Shown: piece by piece, positions 9,650-19,440 of the stretch
Layout: each line of letters opens with the position of its first letter
Numbering within the stretch: position 1 is the stretch's first letter
From: Ignavibacteriales bacterium
GTDB taxonomy: Bacteria; Bacteroidota; Ignavibacteria; Ignavibacteriales; SURF-24
Reading direction: 5' to 3'
Assembly (NCBI GenBank): GCA_026390815.1
Contig: JAPLFH010000011.1
Location: forward strand, 2,122-66,121
Length of the DNA stretch: 64,000 nucleotides
Program-made: the position numbers and the translations under genes
Notes under the pieces: generated by a model
Seen by the model: only the letters and a program-made list of their open reading frames with translations
The model's database searches: none
What the model was told of the DNA's origin: nothing

Positions 9650-10945
9650 ATGGCTAAAAATGGTAACAACAAAAAGAAATCAAAGAAAAAGATTTACATC
9701 TTTAGTGGAATTGGTGCTTTAGTTTTAATCTTGGTTCTTTTAGTAATCTTTAGTGGAAACAAAGAACAAATTATTACAGTCCAAACAGATGAAGTTAAGA
9801 AAAGAGATATTACTCAAGTAGTAACAGCAACTGGAAAGATAAATCCTGAGTACCAGGTTATTATTACACCAGAGGTTACGGGTGAAATTGTTGATCTTCC
9901 AGTTAAAGAAGGAGAACAGGTTAGGAAAGGTCAGCTACTTATAAGAATAAAGCCCGATACATATGCTGCACAAAGAGATAGAGTTGCAGCAAACCTGGAA
10001 TCAGCAAAATCTGGTTTAGGAAGGATTAAAGCCCAATTGGATAAGGTAAAATCGGATTATGAAAGAGTACAAGGATTATATGATAAAAAGTTATCCAGCG
10101 ATTCTGAACTTGAACTTGCCAAATCAAATTATCTTTCTACAAAGAGTGAATATGAAGGTCAGCAATCATCGGTAATTCAGGCTCAGGCATCACTAAAAGA
10201 AGCGCAGGAACAATTATATAAAACAACAATTTATTCACCAATGAACGGAACGGTTTGCGCACTGAATGTTGAACTTGGTGAAAGAGTTCTTGGCAGCGGA
10301 TTCAGTCAGGGAACAAATATTATGACCGTGGCTGATTTATCACAAATGGAAGCAACTGTTGAAGTTGATGAAAATGACGTTGTATTAGTTTCCATTGGCG
10401 ATACTTCCCGAATATCTATTGATGCATATGGTGAAAAAGATTTTAAAGGTGTTGTTTCTGAAATTGCAAACAGTGCAAAAACCACTGGCTTAGGAACTCA
10501 ACAGGAAGTTGTTAACTTTGAAGTTAAAATAAGGTTTATTGATATCGATAAAAATGTTCGCCCAGGAATGTCTTGCAATGCTAACGTTGAGACTGAAACT
10601 AAAAAAGGTGTATTCGCAGTTCCTATACAAAGTGTAACTGCTAGAGGCAAAATGCAGGAAGTGAAAAAAGAAGGTGAGGATGAAGCCACTACAGTTAAAA
10701 ATGAAACTAAAAAAGATAAGAAACCAAAAGAAGTTGTATTCTTAGCTGATAATAACAAAGCAAAGATGGTTGAAGTTGAAACTGGAATTAGTGATGATAA
10801 TTATATTGAAGTTAAGAGTGGACTTAAGGGTGGAGAAAAAGTTATAAGCGGACCTTACAGAGCAATCTCCAGGGAACTTCAGGATAAGGCAAATATAAAA
10901 TTAGAAGCTGGAAAGAAATCTGATAAAGATAAAGCAGCTAAATAG
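9650..10945 (+). CDS. efflux transporter periplasmic adaptor subunit (HlyD/MacA-type membrane fusion protein)
   Basis: N-terminal TM anchor, lipoyl/barrel-sandwich motifs ('VTATGKINPE', 'ITPEVTGEI', 'VKEGEQVRKGQLL'), coiled-coil hairpin. AAGGGAG RBS. Confidence 0.85.
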   Translation: MAKNGNNKKKSKKKIYIFSGIGALVLILVLLVIFSGNKEQIITVQTDEVKKRDITQVVTATGKINPEYQVIITPEVTGEIVDLPVKEGEQVRKGQLLIRIKPDTYAAQRDRVAANLESAKSGLGRIKAQLDKVKSDYERVQGLYDKKLSSDSELELAKSNYLSTKSEYEGQQSSVIQAQASLKEAQEQLYKTTIYSPMNGTVCALNVELGERVLGSGFSQGTNIMTVADLSQMEATVEVDENDVVLVSIGDTSRISIDAYGEKDFKGVVSEIANSAKTTGLGTQQEVVNFEVKIRFIDIDKNVRPGMSCNANVETETKKGVFAVPIQSVTARGKMQEVKKEGEDEATTVKNETKKDKKPKEVVFLADNNKAKMVEVETGISDDNYIEVKSGLKGGEKVISGPYRAISRELQDKANIKLEAGKKSDKDKAAK

Positions 10946-10955
10946 AAATCGGTAT

Positions 10956-10998
10956 AATGGAATAATGAATACTTAAAAAAAATCATTATTCCATTTTT
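10956..10998 (+). terminator. intra-operon stem-loop / possible attenuating terminator between adaptor and ABC ATPase genes
   Basis: 13-bp perfect stem AATGGAATAATGA (10956-10968) / TCATTATTCCATT (10983-10995), 14-nt A-rich loop, followed by TTT. Confidence 0.4.
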
Positions 10999-11040
10999 CG
11001 TTTCAAATAAATTTTAAAAATTTTTAAGTCTGGAAAATTT

Positions 11041-11766
11041 ATGAACATAATCAACATAGAACACATTGCAAAAATTTATCAGGTTGGTTCAGAAGAAGTT
11101 CATGCACTTAGGGATGTTACTCTTAATATCAATAAGAATGAATACGTTGCTATAATGGGTCCATCTGGTTCCGGAAAATCAACATTAATGAATATGCTTG
11201 GATGTTTAGATACCCCTACAAGTGGTAAATATGAATTTAAAGCAGTAGATGTTAGTAATATGAGTGATAACGATTTGGCTAAAGTTAGGAACAGAGAAAT
11301 TGGATTTGTATTCCAAACATTTAATTTATTACCGCGTTCAGATGCGCTTCACAATGTAGAACTCCCGCTTATATATGCTGGTGTACCTTCCTCAGAAAGA
11401 AAAGAAAGAGCAAGACAGGCATTATATAACGTGGGTTTGGGTGATAGAATTCATCATAAACCAAACGAACTTTCTGGTGGACAAAGACAAAGAGTAGCGG
11501 TTGCGCGTGCTCTGGTAACAAATCCATCAATTATTTTAGCAGATGAACCTACAGGTAACCTTGATTCAAAAACTGGTGAAGACATTATGACTTTATTCAA
11601 TGAAATCTATCTTCAGGGAAATACAATTATTCTTGTTACCCACGAAGAATATATTGCAGAACATGCCGCAAGAATTATAAGATTGCGTGATGGTTTAATT
11701 GAACGGGACGAAAAAGTAGCACAAAGATATATTCCACAAGGACAAAAATTAAGTTTTCAACAATAG
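11041..11766 (+). CDS. ABC transporter ATP-binding protein (MacB/LolD-type NBD)
   Basis: Walker A 'GPSGSGKST', Q-loop, signature 'LSGGQRQR', Walker B 'ILADEPT', H-loop 'VTHE'. Confidence 0.9.
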   Translation: MNIINIEHIAKIYQVGSEEVHALRDVTLNINKNEYVAIMGPSGSGKSTLMNMLGCLDTPTSGKYEFKAVDVSNMSDNDLAKVRNREIGFVFQTFNLLPRSDALHNVELPLIYAGVPSSERKERARQALYNVGLGDRIHHKPNELSGGQRQRVAVARALVTNPSIILADEPTGNLDSKTGEDIMTLFNEIYLQGNTIILVTHEEYIAEHAARIIRLRDGLIERDEKVAQRYIPQGQKLSFQQ

Positions 11767-11787
11767 AAATTATTAAAGAAAGCAGCT

Positions 11788-13023
11788 ATGAAAAACTTCA
11801 TCTATGAATTAAAAGAGGGGTTGATTATTTCTCTCCGTGCTTTAAGAGCAAATAAAATAAGAGCGGCTCTTACAACACTTGGAATTTTTATAGGTGTTAC
11901 TTCCGTAGTATTAATGTCTACAGCTATAAAAGGAATAGATGGCGCATTTGAACGTGGTATAAGCTCAATGGGTTCGGACAATCTCTACATCGATAAATGG
12001 GCTTGGTTTTCTGATAATGAATGGTGGAAGATAAGGAACAGGAAAAACCTTACTATGGCGGAATATGAAAAATTCAAAGAGATGGCAAAACTACCGGTTG
12101 CTGTAGCCCCCACTTTGTGGTCAATTCAAAACCTTAAAAATGGTGCTCAAAAATCAAATGGTGTAGTTGTTAATGGATCTACCAGCGAATATCTTGCGAC
12201 TACAAATTTTACCTTTAACGAAGGAAGGTTTTTTAATGATCTTGAAAGTAAAGGTTCCAGAAATGTAGCGGTGCTTGGAAGTGACGTTGCTAAAAATCTA
12301 TTCCAAAATACAAATGCAGTAGATAGAACAATTAAAGTTGGTTCTGTTAATTACCGGGTTGTTGGTGTACTTGCAGAACAAGGTAGTTTTATAATGGGTG
12401 CCTGGAATCCTGATAAACAAGTGTTTGTGCCTATTGGAACCTTGTTCAAATATTTTATGTCTGAAAATTTCCGAAGCGTAACAATTGTGGTTCGGGCAAA
12501 AAATACGGCTATGGTTGCAGATACTCGGGAGGAAGCTGAAGGAGTTATGCGCAAAGTCCGTGGGTTATCATTTAGTAAGGAAAATGATTTCTCCGTTAAT
12601 CAGCAGGAAGCATTAACTCAACAATACAATCAAACTGTTGGAGTTATACAAACAGCAGGTTTGTTCATTACTGGCTTGGCTCTTTTTGTTGGCGCTATTG
12701 GAATTATGAACATTATGTTTGTTTCTGTAAAAGAAAGAACTAAAGAAATTGGAATTAGAAAAGCTATTGGTGCAAAGAGAAGAACTATTTGGACTCAATT
12801 TATAACCGAAGCTACTATCATCTGTTTAATTGGTGGACTTATAGGTCTAATTGGTGCAATCATTTTAAGTTTGATAGTTAACCAATTTTTACCAACATCT
12901 ATTCAATTTGATTCTGTAATCTTAGCAATTGTAATTTCATTAATAACAGGTTTAATATCCGGCTTTGCTCCTGCCTATACCGCTGCAAAGATGGATCCTG
13001 TGGAAGCATTGAGGTATGAGTAA
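11788..13023 (+). CDS. ABC transporter permease, MacB-type (MacB_PCD + FtsX domains), paralogue A1
   Basis: N-terminal 'LRANKIRAALTTLGI' TM1, ~230-aa periplasmic domain, C-terminal FtsX block 'FVGAIGIMNIMFVSVKERTKEIGIRKAIGAK'. Confidence 0.85.
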   Translation: MKNFIYELKEGLIISLRALRANKIRAALTTLGIFIGVTSVVLMSTAIKGIDGAFERGISSMGSDNLYIDKWAWFSDNEWWKIRNRKNLTMAEYEKFKEMAKLPVAVAPTLWSIQNLKNGAQKSNGVVVNGSTSEYLATTNFTFNEGRFFNDLESKGSRNVAVLGSDVAKNLFQNTNAVDRTIKVGSVNYRVVGVLAEQGSFIMGAWNPDKQVFVPIGTLFKYFMSENFRSVTIVVRAKNTAMVADTREEAEGVMRKVRGLSFSKENDFSVNQQEALTQQYNQTVGVIQTAGLFITGLALFVGAIGIMNIMFVSVKERTKEIGIRKAIGAKRRTIWTQFITEATIICLIGGLIGLIGAIILSLIVNQFLPTSIQFDSVILAIVISLITGLISGFAPAYTAAKMDPVEALRYE

Positions 13024-14255
13024 TGAGATTTATGGAAGTTTTAATAGTTGCCTTAAACTCGCTGCGCACTAACAAGCTGCGTTCGTTATTAACTATACTT
13101 GGAATTGTAGTTGGTATCTTCTCTATCATTTCTATCAGCACAATTCTTACGATGCTTCAGAACAGTATTGAATCAGGAGTATCTCAGCTTGGGCAAAATA
13201 CATTTCAAATACAAAAATATCCGGCTATGGAAGGTGGTGGTCCGGAGTTCTGGGAAAAGTACCGCAACCGGCATGATTTAACTTTGGAAGAATATTACCG
13301 GCTTAAGGATAGACTGACTATTGCACAATCTGTTGGTGCAGAAATGTGGAATTTTGGAAAACAATTAAAATTTGGGAATGTTGAAACAAATCCAAATGTT
13401 CAGATTTGCGGAATTACTCCTGAAGCCCAACCAAATAATAAATGGATTGTAGAAGACGGCAGAGCTATAAATAATAATGATGTTGAAAGAGCAGTCCGCG
13501 TAATTGTTCTTGGAAAAGATGTTGCTAAAAAATTATTCGTGTATGTTGATCCTATCGGGCAATATGTAAAAGTTGATGGAAATAGACTTCAGGTTATTGG
13601 AGTTTATGAAGGACAGGGAGAAATTTTTGGACAGAGCCGGGATAATTTTGCAATTTTACCGATAACTACATATCAAAGTTTTTATGGCAAATATAACCAT
13701 AGTGTAAATATAACAGTTATGGCTACTGGCCGGGATACTTATGATGCAACAATTGAAGCAGCAATTGGAAATTTTCGTGCAATCAGAAAAGTACCAGCAG
13801 GTAAAGATAATGACTTTGATATTTTCTCAAATGAAACAATCTTATCAACAATAAATAACACAACTAAATATGTTGAACTTGGTGCAATAGTAATTGCAGC
13901 AATTGCTTTATTAGCCGCCGGTGTTGGCATTATGAATATTATGCTCGTTTCTGTAACTGAAAGAACCAGAGAAATTGGAATTAGAAAAGCGATAGGTGCA
14001 AAGAGAATTAATATTTTAATTCAGTTTTTAATTGAATCGGTTGTATTAAGCTTATTTGGAGGCGTACTTGGAATTGTGTTTGGGGTTGCAATTGGCAACC
14101 TTGCTGGGACATTTCTTGCGGCTAATCCAACTATCCCACTTACATCTGTAATTGTTGGTATCCTGCTTTGCGTTATAGTCGGAATTACTTTTGGTACGTA
14201 TCCTGCGTATAAAGCTTCAAACCTGGATCCAATCGAAGCGCTTAGGTATGAATAA
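13023..14255 (+). CDS. ABC transporter permease, MacB-type, paralogue B1
   Basis: 'LRTNKLRSLLTILGI' TM1 and FtsX block 'GVGIMNIMLVSVTERTREIGIRKAIGAK'. TAATG overlap with A1. Confidence 0.85.
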   Translation: MRFMEVLIVALNSLRTNKLRSLLTILGIVVGIFSIISISTILTMLQNSIESGVSQLGQNTFQIQKYPAMEGGGPEFWEKYRNRHDLTLEEYYRLKDRLTIAQSVGAEMWNFGKQLKFGNVETNPNVQICGITPEAQPNNKWIVEDGRAINNNDVERAVRVIVLGKDVAKKLFVYVDPIGQYVKVDGNRLQVIGVYEGQGEIFGQSRDNFAILPITTYQSFYGKYNHSVNITVMATGRDTYDATIEAAIGNFRAIRKVPAGKDNDFDIFSNETILSTINNTTKYVELGAIVIAAIALLAAGVGIMNIMLVSVTERTREIGIRKAIGAKRINILIQFLIESVVLSLFGGVLGIVFGVAIGNLAGTFLAANPTIPLTSVIVGILLCVIVGITFGTYPAYKASNLDPIEALRYE

Positions 14256-14284
14256 AACCCTGGCAACAATTTTTTTGTCTAAAA

Positions 14285-14310
14285 AACGCAACTTCTTTGT
14301 TGCGTTTTTT
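14285..14310 (+). terminator. Rho-independent terminator separating the two permease pairs
   Basis: Stem AACGCAAC (14285-14292) / GTTGCGTT (14299-14306), 6-nt loop, T-run to 14310. An A-run precedes the stem, so the shape is bidirectional. Confidence 0.8.
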
Positions 14311-14379
14311 ATTGTTCTGTTTGTAAATAAGAATTAGTTCTAATATTTTTGACAATCAGATTTAAAATTAATTATTAAA

Positions 14380-15615
14380 ATGAAAAATTTTCTTCTCGAA
14401 TTAAAAGAAGGTGTTATATTTTCTCTGAAATCTCTTAGAGCAAATAAAATGCGTACTGCCCTTACAACACTTGGAATTGTTATTGGAATTGTTGCAGTTA
14501 CAACTATGCAAACTGCAATAACTGGATTAAGAAATTCATTCCTGGAATCAATCTCAGTAATTGGCACTGATGTTTTATATGTGGAAAAATTTGAATGGTT
14601 TGGTGACCAGGACTGGCATTATTACCGCAACAGGAAAGATATAACCTGGGAACAATATGAAAAACTTAAATCCCAATTAAAATTAGCCGGTGCTGTGGTT
14701 CCTACAGTTAGATCGCACGGAGAAATTGTAAAACGAAATGAAAAATCTGCTACATCCACTTCTAATTTTGGTACTACAGAAGATTATATAAAAGTAGCTG
14801 GCACGTTTCCGGCAAGCGGAAGATTTTTTACTGAACTTGAAGTTAAGGGAGCAAGAAATGTATGCGTTATTGGACAGGATATTGCCGATAAACTTTTTGC
14901 AAATGAAGATCCATTGAATAAATTTATCAAAATGAAAGGAGCGCCATTAAAAGTGATTGGAGTTCTGGAAAAACAAGGTAGCGGTTTTTTAGGTGCCGCT
15001 AGCGCAGATGGACAGGTTATTCTTCCATTCCAGTTATTTAAAAAATTATTTGGGGAAAGAAGAAATTCTTTCCGGATAGCTATAAAAGCAATAAATCCAA
15101 GTCAGCTTATGGATGCAAAGGAAGAAGTAAGAGCGGTTATGCGTACGATACGGAAAGTTCCCCCACATAAGCCGGATGATTTTGCCATAAACCAAATGGA
15201 AGCTTTTACAAAAGCATACGATATGATTATAGGAACCATTGCAATTGCAGGACTTGTAATTACTGCCCTGTCTCTTTTTGTTGGTGCAATTGGAATTATG
15301 AATATTATGTTCGTTTCAGTAAAAGAAAGAACTAAAGAAATAGGTATACGTAAAGCGATTGGTGCAAAAACCTGGTCTATTCTTATTCAATTTTTAGCGG
15401 AAGCTGCAATAATTTGTATACTTGGCGGAATAATAGGTTTAATAATTGCGTTTCCAGTTAGTTTGATTGTAAATCAGTTTATCCCAACTTCAATGCCGTT
15501 AGAAATTATAGTTCTTGCCCTGGTTATTTCTGCCTTGGTTGGCGTTGCATCCGGCTTTCTGCCTGCATTTAAAGCAGCTAAAATGAATCCTGTAGAAGCC
15601 CTTAGATTTGAATAA
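14380..15615 (+). CDS. ABC transporter permease, MacB-type, paralogue A2
   Basis: Collinear with A1 (MKNFLLELKEG.. vs MKNFIYELKEG..). The FtsX block is identical to A1, but the periplasmic domain is strongly diverged. Confidence 0.85.
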   Translation: MKNFLLELKEGVIFSLKSLRANKMRTALTTLGIVIGIVAVTTMQTAITGLRNSFLESISVIGTDVLYVEKFEWFGDQDWHYYRNRKDITWEQYEKLKSQLKLAGAVVPTVRSHGEIVKRNEKSATSTSNFGTTEDYIKVAGTFPASGRFFTELEVKGARNVCVIGQDIADKLFANEDPLNKFIKMKGAPLKVIGVLEKQGSGFLGAASADGQVILPFQLFKKLFGERRNSFRIAIKAINPSQLMDAKEEVRAVMRTIRKVPPHKPDDFAINQMEAFTKAYDMIIGTIAIAGLVITALSLFVGAIGIMNIMFVSVKERTKEIGIRKAIGAKTWSILIQFLAEAAIICILGGIIGLIIAFPVSLIVNQFIPTSMPLEIIVLALVISALVGVASGFLPAFKAAKMNPVEALRFE

Positions 15616-15682
15616 ATAAAATTTTTATAACTCTTTCTTCAAGTATTTGAAAAAAGAGAAAATAAACAAAACTAAAATTATT

Positions 15683-16915
15683 ATGATCCAAATATTCGAA
15701 AGTATATTGATGGCGTTCAACTCGCTAAGAACCAACAAACTAAGATCTTTTCTTACATTAGTTGGAATTGCAGTAGGATTGTTTTCAATCATTGTAGTTA
15801 TGACGGCAATCTCTGCAATTCAATCAAGTATTGAGGACGCATTCAGCGAAATTGGAACTAATAATATCATAGTTCAAAAATATCCTGCTATCCAGATGGG
15901 ACCAGGAAGCTGGCGCAAATATCGTAACCGGAAAGATATTACCATTGAGCAAGGCGAACGGTTAAAAGAGATGACAACACTTCCAATCGCAGTAGGCCTC
16001 TCACTTGGCAATGATGGAAAAATTGTTAAATATGGTAAAGAACAAACAAATCCAAATGTTTACATTGTTGGTGTAAATACAGATGAGTTTATTACATCAA
16101 GCTATATAATTAGTGATGGTAGAGGATTTTCTAAGCAAGATGTTGATTATGCAAGAAATGTATGCATTCTTGGAGAAGACGTAATAATTAAAATATTTAA
16201 AACAATAGATCCCATCGGGCAAAAAATTATGGTTGATAATATGACTTTGGAAGTAATTGGGCGTTTTGAGCCTAAAGGAAAAATATTAGGGCAAAGTCAG
16301 GATAATTTTGTTATTACACCAATTTCAGTTTTTGCAAAATACTTTGGAGATGATCATCAGTCAGTTGGAATTAATGTGCAGGCTCCGAGTCACGAATTGT
16401 TTGATGCTACTGCCGATCAGGTAGTTGGTGCTTTAAGAACAATCCGTAAAGTGCCGCCAGGGCAAGATAATGATTTTGAAATTGTTTCCAATGATCAGTT
16501 AGTTACCCAGTTTAATGACATAACTAAATATTTTAAATTTGGCGCTGCAATTATTGCTTTCATTGCCTTGATTGCTGCTGGTGTTGGAATCATGAACATC
16601 ATGCTTGTTAGCGTTACAGAACGAACCCGCGAAATTGGAATTAGAAAAGCCATTGGTGCTCAGAAGAGAACAATCAGAATTCAATTCCTTGTTGAAGCAA
16701 TAGCACTTAGTCTTGTAGGTGGAACGGTTGGGATTCTTCTTGGTTTAATCGGCGGAAATATAATTGGAATGTTATTAAGCGCTTCCGTGGTGCTGCCAGT
16801 ATTTTGGGTTGTTGTTGGTTTAACTGTAACAACAGCAGTTGGACTTATCTTTGGTGTGTACCCAGCCATCAAAGCATCCAACTTAGATCCAATTGAAGCT
16901 TTGCGATACGAATAA
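15683..16915 (+). CDS. ABC transporter permease, MacB-type, paralogue B2
   Basis: Collinear with B1. ATG at 15683 aligns with the B1 N-terminus ('MAFNSLRTNKLRS'); the TTG at 15647 adds a Lys-rich extension absent from B1. Confidence 0.8.
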   Translation: MIQIFESILMAFNSLRTNKLRSFLTLVGIAVGLFSIIVVMTAISAIQSSIEDAFSEIGTNNIIVQKYPAIQMGPGSWRKYRNRKDITIEQGERLKEMTTLPIAVGLSLGNDGKIVKYGKEQTNPNVYIVGVNTDEFITSSYIISDGRGFSKQDVDYARNVCILGEDVIIKIFKTIDPIGQKIMVDNMTLEVIGRFEPKGKILGQSQDNFVITPISVFAKYFGDDHQSVGINVQAPSHELFDATADQVVGALRTIRKVPPGQDNDFEIVSNDQLVTQFNDITKYFKFGAAIIAFIALIAAGVGIMNIMLVSVTERTREIGIRKAIGAQKRTIRIQFLVEAIALSLVGGTVGILLGLIGGNIIGMLLSASVVLPVFWVVVGLTVTTAVGLIFGVYPAIKASNLDPIEALRYE

Positions 16916-17071
16916 AGACTTGGACTAAATAAGTTGGAAGTATTCATTTCCTGCTTTCTTACCTTAAGTTGAATATAATTACCAACGCCATTCTCCTAAT
17001 CCATTATAGATAGTTTCCTACGAATTTTGTATAATAATTATTAAGTGTGTAATTGCTGATAATTATTTCAC

Positions 17072-17077
17072 AGGAGG
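17072..17077 (+). promoter_or_regulatory. Shine-Dalgarno AGGAGG for the 17083 start
   Basis: AGGAGG lies 5 nt upstream of the ATG at 17083. This supports the shorter start over the TTG at 17053. Confidence 0.6.
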
Positions 17078-17082
17078 TTAGT

Positions 17083-17370
17083 ATGATAATTCTTCGGATT
17101 GAACATAATGTCCCAAACTTTAATGGATGGAAAAAAGCATTCGATAGTGATCCAATTAACCGTAAGCAATCCGGTGTGCGGCTTTATCGTATTTACCAAC
17201 CCAAAGATGATCCAAATTATGTTATTGTTGATCTGGAGTTTGATAACTTAAAAAATGCTGAATCTACTTTATCTGCACTCCGAGGTTTATGGATCCAGGT
17301 GGAAGGAAAGGTTATGTTTAATCCTCAAACACGAATCTTAAACTTAGTTGAAATAACAGAATTACACTGA
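17083..17370 (+). CDS. small hypothetical protein (95 aa)
   Basis: ORF with a strong RBS. I recognise no motif. The alternating beta/alpha pattern hints at a small alpha+beta fold. Confidence 0.5.
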   Translation: MIILRIEHNVPNFNGWKKAFDSDPINRKQSGVRLYRIYQPKDDPNYVIVDLEFDNLKNAESTLSALRGLWIQVEGKVMFNPQTRILNLVEITELH

Positions 17371-17595
17371 TAGAAGACCATTTTGCAAATTTTGTTATTG
17401 CTCAAATAATTTTTCAGGTAATAGAAGATGCTGATAGAAAAAGGTCATCTCTCCCCCATTCAAAAAGATTGACACAACTGGGAAAAATCAATTTTACTTT
17501 ACTTCTTAAAATCCAATAGAAGCTGATTGTATTATAACTTCGATTGTATGTTTATATATTACTTTTTATTAGTACTTAATAATGTAGTTTGAAAT

Positions 17596-17931
17596 CTAAC
17601 TTTTACGAATAAAATGAGGCATTATCTCTGGAATTTCCAAACTAAGTTCAATAAATCCTGAATAGTTGCCATCAATGTACCAGGGAGATTGATAGATCAA
17701 CTTTTTCTTACCATTTTTTTCAATCGTATAAATATTTGGTTGTCCGCTTTCAAGCATTTTCTTCAACTTTGTTCGCGCAGGTTCTGGATGGCAATCAAGG
17801 ATATTCGTTCCTATTACCTGTTCCCCATCTTCCTGTTTTTTTGCTTGATCATTCATCTCCATCAGAATACCATTTACATCGCAAACTTCAATCTTACCAG
17901 GGAATTCTTTCACCCACTTATGTTTTGCCAT
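17596..17931 (-). CDS. stand-alone PAS-like domain protein (PAS_10-like, 'LDCHPE' motif)
   Basis: 111 aa. The 'NILDCHPEPARTKLKKML' motif resembles the PAS_10/DUF438-associated PAS fold. ATG at 17931 has AAGGAG (17938-17943) at a 6-nt spacer, so the 17958 start is less likely. Confidence 0.55.
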   Translation of the reverse strand: MAKHKWVKEFPGKIEVCDVNGILMEMNDQAKKQEDGEQVIGTNILDCHPEPARTKLKKMLESGQPNIYTIEKNGKKKLIYQSPWYIDGNYSGFIELSLEIPEIMPHFIRKS

Positions 17932-18296
17932 TTGTAACTCCTTTGAAATTATGTCCATTGTAGTAATAAATATTTTTAATGAATTAAAAATTGCCGTTGT
18001 GTAAAATATTCTTGCAATATATGGTGCGGAAAATATAAAACTTAATCGACTTGTGAAAGCAATGGATTTGTATTTCTGTGAAAATAATTATTTTTTTTGA
18101 AAATCTGACATATTCCAAATATTCATCTTTGAAATTTAATCTTGTAACTGTATTTTTGTTTAAGGATGTAGGAATTAGATACTCTCGGGATTTAAAAGAG
18201 TTCCCCTATATTTTACCAATTTTTGAATCATCTGTAAATCATTATTTATTGTTAAAAAGATTGTAATTAAACACACTCAACAATTATTTAATTTTT

Positions 18297-19124
18297 ATGA
18301 AAAAATCGACTTTACTGTGGATATTTGCAATATTAATTACAATTGCTTCCGCCTACTATCAAAGGGTTACAGGTCCAACGTACCCGGTAACAGGCGAAAA
18401 AATGGTGAATGAAAATTCCATCATATATAAATTGGAAAGAAGCCATTCTACTTCATCAAATTACTTAATAAAATTTAAAACAGTTGATAATTCGATTGAA
18501 GGATTTTTGGAATGGAAAAGATATAAATCAAATGACCAGACTATTATTGAAAAAATGAAATTTGAAAATGGTTTTCTTTTAGCGGAAATGCCCGCTCAAC
18601 CAGCCTCCGGTAAATTACAATATAATGTAAAACTGAAAAGTGGAAATAAAATTGTTCTACTTTCTGAACAACCGATAGTTATTAGGTTTAAAGGTGATGT
18701 TCCGGGATTTATTTTAATTCCACACATAATTTTTATTTTTTTTGCAATGTTGTTATCCACAAGAACAGGATTAGAAATTTTTAACAGCGACCCAAAACTA
18801 AAAATATATACAACCTGGACTTTAATATTTATTGTCCTTGGTGGAATGATATTCGGTCCTTTAACCCAGCTTTATGCATTTGGGGCTTTATGGACAGGAG
18901 TACCCTTCGGATTCGATCTTACAGATAACAAAACTCTAATTGCATTAATCGGATGGATAATTGCTGCATATGCATTAAGAAAATATTCGCAGCCAAAACG
19001 GTGGATAGCTTTTGCCGCATTGTTGATGTTAGTTGTTTATATAATTCCTCATAGCGTTTTAGGTTCTGAACTTGATTATAGCAAAATTGATAAACAACAA
19101 AAATCATTGAATAAAATGATTTAG
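18297..19124 (+). CDS. hypothetical membrane protein (signal/anchor + ~120-aa exoplasmic domain + 4-5 TM helices)
   Basis: Hydrophobicity pattern only; no motif recognised. Confidence 0.55.
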   Translation: MKKSTLLWIFAILITIASAYYQRVTGPTYPVTGEKMVNENSIIYKLERSHSTSSNYLIKFKTVDNSIEGFLEWKRYKSNDQTIIEKMKFENGFLLAEMPAQPASGKLQYNVKLKSGNKIVLLSEQPIVIRFKGDVPGFILIPHIIFIFFAMLLSTRTGLEIFNSDPKLKIYTTWTLIFIVLGGMIFGPLTQLYAFGALWTGVPFGFDLTDNKTLIALIGWIIAAYALRKYSQPKRWIAFAALLMLVVYIIPHSVLGSELDYSKIDKQQKSLNKMI

Positions 19125-19268
19125 CATTAGTAACAAGTTAGTTCATTAATACTTCTAATATTTTTTTATTGTTTGATGTATTACTTCATCATAATTTATT
19201 TTAATATATTTGAATTGTAGTTAATGTTCCTTGATTCAAACGGATAATTCCAATAACCAAAAATTTTT

Positions 19269-19342
19269 GCGCCCGTAGCTCAACTGGATAGAGCATCAGA
19301 CTTCGGATCTGAGGGTTGAGGGTTCGAATCCTTCCGGGCGTA
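19269..19342 (+). tRNA. tRNA-Arg (anticodon UCG)
   Basis: 74-nt cloverleaf: acceptor GCGCCCG/CGGGCGT (G1-U72), D-arm GCTC-AACTGGATA-GAGC, anticodon stem TCAGA/TCTGA with loop CTTCGGA, T-arm GAGGG-TTCGAAT-CCTTC. Confidence 0.9.
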
Positions 19343-19440
19343 CGAATTTAATGTATAATGAATAATGTAAAATTTATAATTACTTCTATTTCAATTTTCT
19401 TTCATTGTACATTATAAATTATTCATTTTACATTATTGCT

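Noticed and set aside
14349-14377. TTGACA (14349-14354) plus downstream TTATTA/TAAAAT as a sigma-70 promoter for the second permease pair
   Set aside because: Spacing to the best -10-like hexamer is wrong (8 nt), or else leaves essentially no 5' UTR. Promoter consensus in this lineage may not be sigma-70-like. Support is too weak to annotate.
17932-18296. 365-nt divergent intergenic region (and 17371-17595) as a possible riboswitch or sRNA locus
   Set aside because: I could find no conserved riboswitch core, extended GC-supported helices or terminator. The sequence is simply AT-rich. The embedded 62-aa ORF (18078-18266) has no RBS and looks random.
19349-19437. AT-rich imperfect inverted repeat after tRNA-Arg as a terminator or ncRNA
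   Set aside because: The stems consist almost entirely of A-T pairs with a 7-nt bulge, so predicted stability is low. It is noted only as context for the tadA start call.
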